The translations under genes and the position numbers were made by a program. DNA of 64,000 bases, taken from Octopus sinensis (Eukaryota). Every line of letters starts with the position of its first letter. The first letter of the stretch is position 1. The stretch is from assembly GCF_006345805.1 (NCBI RefSeq), contig NC_043019.1, positions 992,001 to 1,056,000 of the forward strand, read 5' to 3'. Under the pieces are notes generated by a model. The model was not told the DNA's origin and did no database searches. It saw nothing but the letters and a program-made list of their open reading frames with translations. Positions 10,820-22,799 of this stretch are shown one piece after another.

Positions 10820-11880
10820 GCATAACTGATATATAATGTGGGAATTTTAGAATGGGAAAAACGCCACGGGAACAGCAACGAAAATATACAGTGCTTATAC
10901 CCAAGGGGTCATTACTGACTGGCAAGTGCCAATCTGGTTTTCAAAGTTTCGTTATGAGGATTTGTTATTGAGAAATCAACTTACACCAGGACGTACATCA
11001 GATTTCGATCAAGATGCTTTAAGAGAATTAATGAAATTCAATTCTCTCAAAAGTACTCCAGAAGTAGCAGTTGACATCAACACATCTCAATCCACCATCT
11101 GCCACCACTTGGAAAAGATAGGAAAAATTACTAAGTTGGGTGTTTGGGCTCCCCTTAAAATTAGTGAGGAGAATTGGGAAGTTGACACTCCCATTGCGTT
11201 AAGTCTTCTTTGAAGACAAAGAAATTGCCCATTTCTTAATAATAGCATTACAGTTGATGGAAAATGGGTCTTTTGTGACAATGTCCAACGCAAAAGGTAG
11301 CCCATTATCAAGGATGAATGTTCACAACCCTCCTCAAAGGATGAGCTCTATGGAAAGAAGGTTATGTTGTGTGTGTGGTGGGATCACAGTTGGATTATCA
11401 ATTTTGAGTTTTTATATCACAATCAAACTAAATTCCGACCTTTACTCTCAACATCTGTAATGTGTGCATGGAAATCTCATAAGAAAACGCCCTGAACTCG
11501 CCAATAAGAGAAACGTTGTGCTTCTCCATGATACTGCAAGATTATCTTCAGCAACAGTCACGCAGGATAAATTTTGGATTTGTATTGATCAGTTCTAACC
11601 TCCCCATCATATTCGCCAGATTTTCCACAAATTGATTTCCATCTTTTTTCCTCTCTACAAAATGCTCTGATAAAGAAAGACCACACGAAGACGATTATAG
11701 AAAGCTTCGTCAAGTCGAAGCCAACAGACTTTTACTCGAGAGGAATCAAAAAGCTACTTAATAAATGGTAAGCGGTCATCCAGAACGATAGAAACTATAC
11801 TGGTAAATGAAAATCATTCTTTAAAGTTTTTCACGCGTAAATGTGTTTGACAAAATCTTATTAATGACTCAACACAATAT
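10820..11880 (+). mobile_element. Dead mariner (Tc1/mariner) transposon, near full transposase with stops and frameshifts
   Basis: Frames give WFSKFR..PGR (HTH), KLGVWAP (WVPHEL-like), ITVDGKWV (first D), KKVMLCVWWD, VVLLHDTAR (HDNA-like), PSYSPD..DFHLFSSLQN. Right TIR-like end ..ACTCAACACAATA-TA; left TIR not seen. Confidence 0.92.
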
Positions 11881-11930
11881 ATATGCGCGCGTGTGTGTGT
11901 GAGTGAGTATGTGTGTGTTTGTATGTGTGT

Positions 11931-11975
<45 letters not shown>

Positions 11976-12887
11976 TGTGTGTGCACGACGGACTTATTTT
12001 AGTTCGCGCTTACTAACTATAATTTTTAAATATTTGGTTGATCTGCAGCTATATCAGAAGACATATGCTGAAGACGACGAGCAATGAGACTGAACCCTAG
12101 AGGACATGGGTAGGAAGTAAACGGCTCACCCACCCACACAGTCACGCCTGCACCTCTGTACCAATATGAATCCATCATCGAACCAAATTCTGGATATTTA
12201 TTTTTTCTATAATTTCTTGTCACATGTGACGTGTAATATTCAATGAATCATTTTTATAATAATAGATTGTTCGAAAAATATTTCATAGCATACGCTATTG
12301 AATACTAACCGAATGTATTGTCATTGTTACTATATTAATGCATTCTGTTATTAATATTCCAATGATAACAGCGGAGATTTTACAAGAAATCTTTTAAAAA
12401 TAAATGGCTTGAAGCTACGGGTTTTAAAGCGTTGCTGTCGATCAAATCGGCCATTACTTTATCACAGTTAATATCATTTTATCCTCGTTTTGACACGTCC
12501 AAGCTAACTAAGCATAGTAAAAATCAATTGTAAATCGAATTCTATCTGATATTTTTTTATATATCATCGAACAATGACTTGAACAGCATATTATAGTTCC
12601 ACTTAATAATTCTGGTAAACCATTAGCTATTAATTTTAGCATTATTGTTATTTATAAACGCGGTTCAAACTTCATTCGTTTTACATCTTACCAAGAAAAA
12701 CTTACATGAAATTCAATATAAATAGTACTGTCACTTGTGTAAAATTATACTTAGCAACATTTAATTCGAAAATCACAAAAAGAAAATAGAAATTCTTTGG
12801 CACACTCTGGCAATAGAAAATATTAGAAACTAAAATTTTTTCATCGTTTCTTTTTACGGATGACTGTTCTACTTTGGCAAAAACACA

Positions 12888-13052
12888 CACGCGCAAACAC
12901 ACACTCAAACATACACGCATACACACTGACTCACGCACACGTACATGTACACTGGCGCACAGACACACACACAGAAACACACAAACACACACACACACGC
13001 GCGCCATCACAGACACAGACACACACGGACACACACACATTCACACGCACAC
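12888..13052. repeat. Degenerate (CA)n microsatellite
   Basis: CA/CACG repeats; explains H/T- and V/C-rich ORFs. Confidence 0.9.
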
Positions 13053-13247
13053 ACTGCGGGAGAATATTCACCCTCTATCTTATCTCTCAGTAATCGCTCT
13101 ACTTCCCTTCCCCTTTCTAACCCGCACCTCCCTCCATATGCTACACTACGCAGCAGCAATAGTACTCAGTCAAGTAGTTCTGGATAAGTATATATATTCA
13201 TACATAAATTTATTTTTTTCTCTCTCTCTATTTATTTTCACTTATTC

Positions 13248-13283
13248 CTTCCTGTTCAAGAGCGTAGGCTCGAAAAGTACAAG
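13248..13283 (+). ncRNA. Possible degenerate minimal hammerhead
   Basis: CTTC-CTGTTCA-A-GAGC(gtag)GCTC-GAAA-AGT-A-CAAG. Perfect helix II and GAAA, but core positions 6 and 8 and helix III deviate. Lies in a short element between microsatellites. Confidence 0.35.
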
Positions 13284-13413
13284 ACTTTTCTATTCTTTCC
13301 GAGTGTCAAAATAATATGTGCCGGTTTCACATACACTTCTTCGTCGTTTGTTTATCTGTAAATTTCAACTATACACACACACCCACACACACACATATAT
13401 ACATACATGCATG

Positions 13414-13458
<45 letters not shown>

Positions 13459-13483
13459 CATATACATATCACTCTTTCTCTTC

Positions 13484-13516
<33 letters not shown>

Positions 13517-13528
13517 ATATATATATAT

Positions 13529-13941
13529 GGCTCAGGAGTGGCTGTGTGGTAAGTAGCTTGTTTACCAACCACATGGTTCCGGGTTCAGTCCCACTGCGTG
13601 GCACCTTGAGCAAGTGTCTTCTGCTATAGCCTCGGGCCGACCAAAGCCTTGTGAGTGGATTTGGTAGACGGAAACTGAAAGAAGCCCGTCGTATATATGT
13701 ATATATGTATATATATGTGTGTGCGTGTATGTTTGTGTATCTGTGTTTGTCCCCCTAGCATTGCTTGACAACCGATGCTGGTGTGTTTACGTCCCCGTCT
13801 CTTAGCGGTTCGGCAAAAGAGACCGATAGAATAAGTACCGGGCTTACAAAAGAATAAGTCCCGGGGTCGAGTTGCTCGATTAAAAGCGGTGCTCCAGCAC
13901 GGCCGCAGTCAAATGACTGAAGCAAGTAAAAGAGTAAAGAG
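13529..13941 (+). mobile_element. S1 SINE, full length
   Basis: All S1 modules present. Confidence 0.95.
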
Positions 13942-14074
13942 TATATATAAAATACACTTTAATTGAAATAAAAGTTCTCCAAAATTGAACATATCTAATA
14001 TAATACATGCGAATGTCAATGAGTCACACTTTTCCCACATTAATAAATCCCTTCTACTGGAAGAACATCGACCC

Positions 14075-14405
14075 CAATACATAACTGGTGCTAATTTTAT
14101 CGACTCTGAAAGGATGAAATCAAAGTTGACCTGGAAGTCTACGCCACCATCTAAGCAGTATTGTCAGTTTTTCGTCTGTCGCCCCGTTCTGAGTTCACAT
14201 TCTGCCGAAGTCGACTTTGCATTTCATCCTTTCCGGGTCGATTAAATAAGTACCAGTCACGCACTGGGGTCGATGTAATCGACTCAATCCGTTTGTCTGT
14301 CCCTGTTTGTTCCCTCTGTGTGTTGCCCCTTGTGGGCAGTAAAGAAATAGGTATTTCGTCTGCCATTAGCTTTTTTAGTTCGAATTCCTCCGGTGTCGAC
14401 TTTGC
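14075..14405. mobile_element. S2 SINE (plus, 5'-truncated) with flanking inverted and partial S2 fragments
   Basis: Minus piece TTTATCGACTCTGAAAGGATGAA at about 14095; plus body 14150-14352; extra GTATTTCGTCTG..GTCGACTTTGCC afterwards. Confidence 0.85.
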
Positions 14406-14651
14406 CTGGGATATGTATACATGAGAGCCAACGTCCATCCAATTGCAGTATGGGCTTGATTAGTATCAGCTATAACAAGAATTGCGAATTGTCTCGAACA
14501 GGCTATTACCACTATGAACAAGTTAGGGGCTTTGCTTATTCAACCTTTTATGAAGATCAACTTGAAAAGTGAAATGAAATGAAGGAAAATATGAAGATTC
14601 CTTGATCCTTGTAGGACGAATTCAATTTGAGAATCCATTATATATGTATTT

Positions 14652-14905
14652 ATGTACATACGCTATTTACATTATTTACATTTGAAGTGCATTCGTCCTC
14701 ATCTTGTTTTTTGTTGACACAACGTTGCGGCTGATGTGCTCTCCGGCCTTCATCAGGTGTTCTGGGGGAATTTCGAACCGGGGTCTGATGAAGTCTGGAG
14801 AGTACATCAGCGAAAACGTTGTGTTAACAACAAACAAGATGAGGACAAATATCTGTCAAATGTAAATAATGTAAATAACGTACATTTGACGGATGTCTGT
14901 CCTCA
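14652..14905. mobile_element. Fold-back Penelope-like remnant, family beta, with a hammerhead motif in each arm
   Basis: Arms about 14652-14756 and 14785-14885. Minus: ACAC-CTGATGA-A-GGCCG..CAGCC-GCAA-CGT-T-GTGT. Plus: CTGATGA-A-GTCTG..CAGC-GAAA-ACGTT-GTGT. Confidence 0.8.
14717..14760 (-). ncRNA. Minimal hammerhead, probably inactivated (GAAA to GCAA)
   Basis: Helix I ACAC/GTGT, CUGAUGA, helix II GGCCG/CAGCC, palindromic ACGT helix III. Confidence 0.7.
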
Positions 14906-14941
14906 TCTTATATACACATACATACATACATATGCACACAA

Positions 14942-14975
<34 letters not shown>

Positions 14976-16098
14976 GAGTTCAAAGAATTATATAATCCTG
15001 GAGGTTACCCTGTTTTCTCTTAATTCAGCTTTATATGCCGGCTAACCACATGGGCCCTGATGAAACTGTTTCGAAAATGGCACCTGGAAGATGCATATCT
15101 AACACTGCACAGTCGATCCATTTTAAGCGTGCATAGGTCCGCGGAAAAATGCAGGATATAACAGTTTAATGAAATTATAGACGTGGAAAAATCTCCATTT
15201 TCCTGATCACTATTAATACTATATATATATATATATATATTTATTTATTTATATATATGTATGTAAGAATAGATAGATATGTATGTGTATGTATGTTTGT
15301 ATGTATGTATTGATTTCATACAGTTTTTGTGTATTAAATACTATTCACAAAGTATTGATCGAAGAGAGAATGCAGTTCACTGGAATCCGCAACCATATGG
15401 TTCAGACGCCAGTTTCTTAAACACACAAGCATGCTTTGAATAGAGCTTTTGTAATAATAGAAAGTTAATATATCGCCTACATTCAAATGAACGACATATT
15501 TCTCACAACACAGATATAACGTCTCTTTAATATTTTGACACTTTGAATGATTTAGATATAAACACTTTGCTAAATACGATATTGTATTCCACTTGAAATA
15601 ATAATGTTCAATATGTTTAAATAATTATGTATCATTGTACTTACCAAATGCATTAAGTAATGGTTTGGAATCCTAATTGTCCTCGTCTTCTTAGAGAATA
15701 CAGGAAACCAATGATATTACACACTGCAATGAAAAGATATACACGGCATTAGCAGATTTTACACTGATGTGATATATATATTCACTAATATCTTTATAGA
15801 AAGAAATTTATATAAATATCAATCATGATAAGATGCGGATATGTGGTAAGGTGGCAGAATTGTTAAGGCTTGACACAAAAGACTAAGTGGCAGTTTAAAT
15901 GCCAATGGGGACGATCTTCTCTTTCGTAATATCGGAGTGGATAAAATAGGTCAGAGATCAGCAGTGGGGTCGATCTAATCGACTCAATCTCTACTACAAC
16001 TGCTGGTTTTGGTTTTCAAAATTCGAGAGAATTAGGGCATGATATCTAACATACAGGCACACAGCACGTTATGTACCGTCAATGATCTACTTCCACAT

Positions 16099-16302
16099 AA
16101 GGCGGCGAGCTGGCAGAAACGTTAGTGCGCCGGGCGAAATGCTTAGCGGTATTTCGTCTGTCGTTACGTTCTGAGTTCAAATTCCGCCGAGGTCGACTTT
16201 GCCTTTTATCCTTTCGGGGTCGATAAATAAAGTACCAGTTACGTACTGGGGACGATGTAATCGACTTAATACCTATGTATGTCCTTGTTTGTCCCCTCTA
16301 TG
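16099..16302 (+). mobile_element. S2 SINE
   Basis: Canonical head, B box and central domain; tail truncated. The central domain resembles the Meta/MESC SINE domain from recollection, not verified. Confidence 0.92.
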
Positions 16303-17394
16303 GCTTTGTCTTTATTTGAACTCAAATCTAACCAGACACAAAGTATTTAGGCCGCCGCTCTACATATTCACTTAATCCACTTCCGTCAGTCAGATTACAA
16401 TCAACATATAATTGACAAATAATGAGAGGTAATTACTAATATGTTTAATTCATTAAAGTGACGTGAGATTATAACGGAATATATATGTGAGATTATGGTC
16501 TCAGTAACGATATTCCAAATTCTAGCCTACTGTATGACAATGTCTCCTAAATATCAGCCGGCCGATTATAGGATTGCGATTGAAGATTAATATTCCTATA
16601 TGCATAGTGCGTAGGAAACTGCAGTGTTGAATATACCGGCAATTGAAAGAAACTAGCTTTATTACAAACTACCTAAATCAGAATTTGCTCGTTTTCGATT
16701 ACGTCAACAGGAAAGGTGTTTGTGAAATAAACTTCAAATAGAGCATAATGCAACAGATGTATGAAAGTCCAACGTAGCGACTAAATAAACAGAATTCCGG
16801 CTATTTTGTATTGGTACTCCTAGATGAGTCAGCCATATATATCCGTCGTTGTTTAACGTTGGTGTTTAGGCTGCTACTCCACTACGGACCCCTCCATGTT
16901 AAATGAATCAGCGGTCAATGAGTAAAAGACAATAGAAGAAAACATATCTTTCGTTTGAGACCCCAGGACGTTCAGAGCTTTGTGGATGGCAACTGGGAGC
17001 CACTTTAGCAGTCATAGCAGAAGTTTTGACTTGTTACTGACCCGCTTTATTTCAAGTAAATTCGTAACAAGCGTAATGAGCTTACAATAGAGCGTATCGC
17101 GATATGAGAATCAGCAATAAATGAATCAGTGATAAACAAGGATAGATATTTTTATAATGCGAATTCTTTCTTTGTTTGATTGCACAAATGTAAATGTCAT
17201 CTATCCAAGCTGAGTGCAGATTCCTTATATTCGGAGATAATCATGATTTTGATATTTACTTTACGTCTACTATTTCTGCATATGTAGAAACGCGTGTTTG
17301 CTTTGGAGTCTGTTTTTAGTGTATGTGTGTTTGTGTGTATGTATGTGTGTGTGTGTGTGTGTGTATTTAGCTGTGCTTCTCATCTTCCGCTCAA

Positions 17395-17805
17395 CACAAG
17401 AAAGGCTGAGGACGCTCGACCTTTATTCTCTTGAAAAACGCCGCCGCCGTAGTGATCTCATTCTCGCCCACAACATCATAAGCGGAAAGTGTAACCTCTC
17501 GAAAGAGCTGTTCTTCACTCCTGCTCCAGAGCGTCGGCTGCGGGGTCATTCCGAAAAGCTCTACCTGCGACGATTTCATCTCAATCGAAGGAGAGGAGCT
17601 TTCTCCGTTCGGGTTGCGGATCCGTGGAACAAGCTGCCAGACGAGATGGTAAAGATGCCGACGACCGCTTTGTTCAAAGCCTCCCTGGACCTCAAGTGGC
17701 CTGAACTCTTTACATGACCACCACCCTGTACTTAACTCCATGTCCCCCTACATGGCCTTGCTATTTGCTTTTGAGCCAAATTAACTAACTAACTAACTAA
17801 CTAAC
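17395..17805 (+). mobile_element. CR1-clade LINE 3' end, 5'-truncated, ORF2 C-terminus intact
   Basis: ERLRTLDLYSLEKRRRRSDLI..RGHSEKL..FSVRVADPWNKLP..FKASLD* followed by a short 3' UTR and (TAAC)n tail. Confidence 0.93.
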
Positions 17806-18174
17806 AATCACAGTACGTAACTAGAAAGTATTATTACATACCACCCCAACCCTAACCTTAATTTAAAACATAACCCATAACTGAATCGATTTCCAATCGA
17901 TTCAAATCAAATTCGTAGCCACATTATAGCTGAACCACAAATTACTGACCTACATCATCAAAGCCTCCTTCGACTATTAATCTCCTAAATTTTTTCAGTC
18001 AGAGCCACAATAAAATACAACTTATATGTCTCGTATGTTACTAGTGCTATACCCGCATATATACTAAACTGCACCCAAAGAAGAACATTCCACTTACTAA
18101 GCTCCATGGAAGAGCTCATTCCACTATAGTGTTTTCCAGTGACACCAGTAATTCCACAAATACTTTTTTCTATT

Positions 18175-18271
18175 TCAGGACGCCCAGCTTCCTCGTCTCT
18201 GCTTTTCGTCATCAATATTTTGCTCACATTTCCGGGCTCTGCAGAAATCACTATTCACAGTTACTCCCTCT
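18175..18271 (-). CDS. Putative terminal coding exon, copy B (..EGVTVNSDFCRARKCEQNIDDEKQRRGSWAS*)
   Basis: Paralog of 22703-22799 with 3 differences in 97 nt, 2 of them synonymous. Weak acceptor (AAGTACAG). Confidence 0.3.
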
Positions 18272-19538
18272 CTGTACTTCCAGTTCCTATTTTACCAAAT
18301 TACTGAAGTATTATTTTTTAAATATTTATATTTTTATATATTTTTTTTTATTCCTTCGTATTGCAAGGACATTAATCACATTTGCTTCACACATTTCAAA
18401 TGACCTACATAACTATTTCTAAAAAAAACAAACAAATAAAAGCAAAACAGAAATGTTTTCTCACGTGTTCAACCTTTCAGCATTCACTTCTAATTTTCTT
18501 TTACCATGAGAAGATTACATTTGAAACATAGAAGTTCACCTTTCCCCAAGACACGTAAAATCATTCAATCTCGTGTCCTATTCTGTATATTGAGAACTGG
18601 AAAATGTATTGTGGAATTATGGCATTCAACCCCCTTCTAAAATGTCAGTGATGTTTCTTTTTTTTTTTTTTTTTTTGTATGAAGTGTAATGGTATACAAT
18701 TGGGAATCGATACCGTTCGCTGATTGAAACCGTTTGTAGATTAAGTCTTTATTATACATTGCTGGTCGCAATAATAGAGGTAAAATTAATAACACGAAAT
18801 ATCTTCCAAAACACAAACGTTCGCTATTATATATATATATATATTTCTACAACAAAACAAATGAAACATAAAAGGAGAAATTAATAAAAAAACTACAACG
18901 TAGGAACCAGAAACAGCAAGAAATTCATTCTCATTGTACACACGTCACTTGTCAGTATATCAATCAAGCAGATATTTTCGGAGTGTTTGATCATTAGTTC
19001 ACAAAACAAATGTCTTTTTCGATTGTTGCCAATATTTCTAAGAATTTCTTGTAGATGTTTACACAGATAATTCTAAAGACTCGTTCACCAAATTATTGTC
19101 ACATACATATACTGCGTACGATTTGTGGCTGTAAAAAGAAATTCAGAAATTCATTTAGAGGCGACAGATATTTGACTATAATTATATTTCACCTGTCAGC
19201 ATTCCGTCCATCGACAGCAATAATTCTATCTGAGGTTCAAGAACAATATGCAGAATTTCCAATTTTAGTCAACGAAAAAAAGATACGTACATACAAACAT
19301 TCATATATGTTACACATATGCGTGTGTGTGTGAATACATACATACATACATTAATATATATACATATATATGCATATTAATATATACAAATAATTTACAG
19401 TTCATTTATATACTAGACATTACGTACATTATATAAAGATAATATATTATATAATATAACATATTATACATACATGCATATATATGGACATATACATATA
19501 TATATATATATTATATATAACACTATACATATATATGG

Positions 19539-19569
<31 letters not shown>

Positions 19570-20066
19570 AATATATATAATATAATATATATATATGTAT
19601 GTTTGATGTATGTATATATATATATGTGTGAGGGGTATATGTATATTTACTCATAAATTTTTTTACAATGACTTCTTTCTTTCACACAAACAACACAATA
19701 TTTCAATGGATTCTGCATTGTTACATGTTCCATCGATTCCACATACTTGAAAGACAAAGTTATTTCCAGTTATGAACAGTGAACAAAGCTAAGAAGTATT
19801 ATTGGAGATTGTGATGCATACGATTGAATCGTTAGAACTTCGGACAAAATGCGTTGAGGTATTTAGTTACAAATACTAATTCAAATCAGCTTTCAACTGT
19901 ATCCTTCCAGGCTTGGATCAATAAAATAAGCAATAAGAATCCAGAAGAAGTGCTGCTAAGCGTTTTGTCCGGCGCGGTAGAGAATCTGCTTGCTCACTGC
20001 CTTTAATAATGATAATGATGGTGATAGTGTTGTTGTTGTTGTTGTTGTCGTCGTTGATGTTATTAG

Positions 20067-20215
20067 AAGGCTGCGAGCTGGCAAAATCGTTATGTACGCC
20101 GGGCGAAATATTTAGCGGCATTTCGTTTGTCTTTATGTTTCGAGTTCAAATTCCGCCCAAGTCGACTTTGCCTTTCATCCTTTCGGGATCAATGAATTAA
20201 GAACCAGTGAAACAT
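20067..20215 (+). mobile_element. S2 SINE, degenerate and 3'-truncated
   Basis: AAGGCTGCGAGCTGGCAAAA..GAGTTCAAATTCC..GTCGACTTTGCCTTTCATCC. Confidence 0.85.
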
Positions 20216-20677
20216 TAGAGCCACTGCCTGGTACTGCATCAGGACATTTATTATTAAAGGGCCGCAGTCAAATGACTGAAACAAGTAAAAGAGAGAAGAA
20301 AGAGCGAAAGAGGGGACTGTGCCCTTTTTGTATATGTTGACATGGAATCAGAGGAAAAGTACGGTATTTGTAAGAATGCTAAACAACATCAACACCATTG
20401 ATGTTGCGTAGATGTATATAAGTCAAATTTGATGAAGAAAAACCAAAAGTCCAAAGTACTTCACAGTTGGTCATTTCATCATGACAAATCTATGTTATTT
20501 GTTCTTTTGGTTTTTACAAACTGATTTGTATGGTGTGTGGGTAATTTGGCTGCCTTTCCATGCATTTCAATTAATCAGATAGAGTATCTCATTTGCACAT
20601 GATCAATAAACAGCCTGTCCCAATTTATATCCTGAATTCAATCCCCATTCATTTGATAACATATATATGACGGCGAG

Positions 20678-21486
20678 AAGGCAGCGAGCTGGCAGCGAGC
20701 TGGCAGAAACGTTAGCACGCCGGGCGAAATGCGTAACTTTGTATTTGTGCGGCAGAATCGTTAGCACGCCGGGCGAAATGCGTAACTTTGTATTTGTGCG
20801 GCAGAAACGTTAGCACGCCGGGCGAAATGCGTAACTTTGTATTTGTGCGGCAGAAACGTTAGCACGCCGGGCGAAATGCGTAACTTTGTATTTGTGCGGC
20901 AGAAACGTTAGCACGCCGGGCGAAATGCGTAACTTTGTATTTGTGCGGCAGAAACGTTAGCACGCCGGGCGAACCCGAAAAGCGTAACATTGTATTTGTG
21001 CGGCAGAGAAACGTTAAGAAAAATAGCACGCGCGGGCGAAATGCGAACTTTGTATTGTGCGGCGAGAAGAGAAGAAACGTTAGCACGCCGGGCGAGAAAA
21101 GCGTAACTTTGTATTTGTGCGGCAGAAACGTTAGCACGCCGGGCGAAATGTGTAACTTTGTATTTGTGCGGCAGAAACGTTAGCACGCCGGGCGAAATGC
21201 GTAACTTTGTATTTGTGCGGCAGAAACGTTAGCACGCCGGGCGAAAAGCGTAACTTTGTATTTGTGCGGCAGAAACGTTAGCACGCCGGGCGAAATGCGT
21301 AGCCGTATTTCGTCTGTCGATACATCCGGAGTTCCAATTCCGCCGAGGTCGACTTTGCTTTTCCTCCTTTCATGGTTGATAAATTAAGTACCAGTGACGC
21401 ACTGGGGCAGATGTAATCGACTTAATCCGTTTGTCTGTCCTTGTTTGTCCCCTCTATGTTTAGCCCCTTGTGAGTAATGAAGAAAT
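20678..21486 (+). mobile_element. S2 SINE with tandem-amplified head
   Basis: S2 start AAGGCAGCGAGC, then a 49-bp array, then the normal body and tail A. Confidence 0.9.
20702..21299 (+). repeat. 49-bp tandem array, about 12 units
   Basis: Unit GGCAGAAACGTTAGCACGCCGGGCGAAATGCGTAACTTTGTATTTGTGC. CAGAA starts at 20704, 20753, 20802, 20851, 20900, 20949, irregular units near 21000-21110, then 21123, 21172, 21221, 21270. Confidence 0.95.
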
Positions 21487-21628
21487 ATATATATATGACG
21501 GTGAACTGGTGACCATTCTAGCATTGAAATGAATATCTTCCTGTATTTGTTCCTTTCTCTGGTATCTTAGTTCAAATCACACCAAGGTAGACTTGGTTTT
21601 ATTATTCGATCTATACATAAAATACCTT

Positions 21629-22012
21629 TGGAAGCACTCCGTCGGTTACGACGACGAGGGTTCCGGTTGATCCGAATCAACGCAACAGCTTGCTCGTGAA
21701 ATTAACGTGTAAGTGGCTGAGCACTCCACAGACACGTGAACCTTTAACGTAGTTCTCGGGGATATTCAGCGTGACACAGAGAGTGACAAGGCCGGTCCTT
21801 TGAAATACAGGTACAACAGAAACAGGAAGTAAGAGTGAGAGAAAGTCGTGGTGAAAGAGTACAGCAGGGATCACCACCATCCCCTGCTGGAGCCTCGTGG
21901 ATTTTAGGTGTTTTCGCTCAATAAACACTCATAACGCCCGATCTGGGAATCGAAACCGCGATCCTATGACCGCGAGTCCGCTGCCCTAACCACTGGGCCA
22001 TTGCGCCTCCAC
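21629..22012 (-). mobile_element. S3 SINE, full length, tail type 1
   Basis: tRNA-like head GTGGAGGCGCAATGGCCCAGTGG; 12-bp TSD ACATAAAATACC at 21615-21626 and 22013-22024. Confidence 0.95.
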
Positions 22013-22058
22013 ACATAAAATACCAGTCAAATACTGAGGAGGAATATATAACTCCCCA

Positions 22059-22360
22059 GTGGAGGCACATGGCCTAGTGGTTAGAGCAGCGGACTCGCGG
22101 TCGAGGGATCGCGGTTTGAATCTCAGACAGGGCGATGTGTGTGTTTATGAGCGAAACACCTAATTTCCACGCGGCTCCGGCAGAAGGTAATAACGAACTT
22201 CTGCTGACTCTTTCGCCACAACTTTCTCTCAATCTTTCCTCCTGCATCTTGCAGCTCACCTGCGACGGACCGGCGTCCCGTCCAGGTGGGGAACCTATAC
22301 GCGAAGAAACGGGGAAACCGGCCCTTATGAGCCAGGAATGGCTCGAGAAGGAACAAACAT
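22059..22360 (+). mobile_element. S4 SINE, full length
   Basis: GTGGAGGCACATGGCCTAGTGG..GAGAAGGAACAAACA; head-to-head with the S3 copy. Confidence 0.95.
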
Positions 22361-22702
22361 ATACCTCCCCACGACTCTTACACTCTCATTGCCTTTTGTT
22401 GTCTTCGAATAAGGGTGCATACGTTTCAACGATTGGGGTGGCGCCGAATCCAAACCTTTCCCTCACTAAAAATCGAAAAGGGATGAATCAGGGTTTGGAA
22501 ACCTCAAGAAGAAGGGAAAAAAAACATAGTTTAACTGAGTGTGACCAAGAAAGGATTCACCTTCAGTTACTGGTGCTATACCCGCAGATATACTAAATTG
22601 CACCGAAAGAAGAATATTCGACTTATTAACCTCCATGGAGGAGCTCGTGTCACTGTGGTGTTTTCCAGTGACACCAGTAATACCACAAAGACCTTTTCTA
22701 TT

Positions 22703-22799
22703 TCAGGACGCCCAGCTCCCTCGTCTTTGCTTTTCGTCATCAATATTTTGCTCACATTTCCGGGCTCTGCAGAAATCACTATTCCCAGTTACTCCCTCT
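22703..22799 (-). CDS. Putative terminal coding exon, copy A (..EGVTGNSDFCRARKCEQNIDDEKQRRGSWAS*)
   Basis: Acceptor TTTACTAATTTCACAG with a branch-like TACTAAT; phase-2 frame open for 31 codons to TGA; possible UTR donor GAAG|GTGAAT at 22561/22560. No recognisable homolog. Confidence 0.4.

Noticed and set aside
15052-15140. CTGATGA with possible helix I (GGGCC/GGTCC) in a TA-flanked element
   Set aside because: No arrangement gives helix II, GAAA and helix III together; at best a heavily decayed hammerhead.
19193-19229. DRIIAVDGRNAD micro-exon resembling a PDZ GD.I.AV.G motif
   Set aside because: Only 12 residues, no other PDZ exons found; ACCTGTCAGCA also occurs at about 4830, so it may be a chance or binding-site motif.
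21000-21115. Variant units inside the 49-bp array, and the indel-rich S1 at 28278-28685
   Set aside because: Scattered 1-2 bp indels look like low-coverage long-read error rather than biology.
20702-21299. CRISPR-like appearance of the 49-bp array
   Set aside because: Units are identical with no unique spacers, derive from a SINE head, and the DNA is eukaryotic with no cas genes.
22561-22799. Selenocysteine or readthrough exon (frame open across the exon except for one TGA)
   Set aside because: The paralog frameshifts just after the TGA and divergence jumps there, as expected for a true stop; no SECIS evident.
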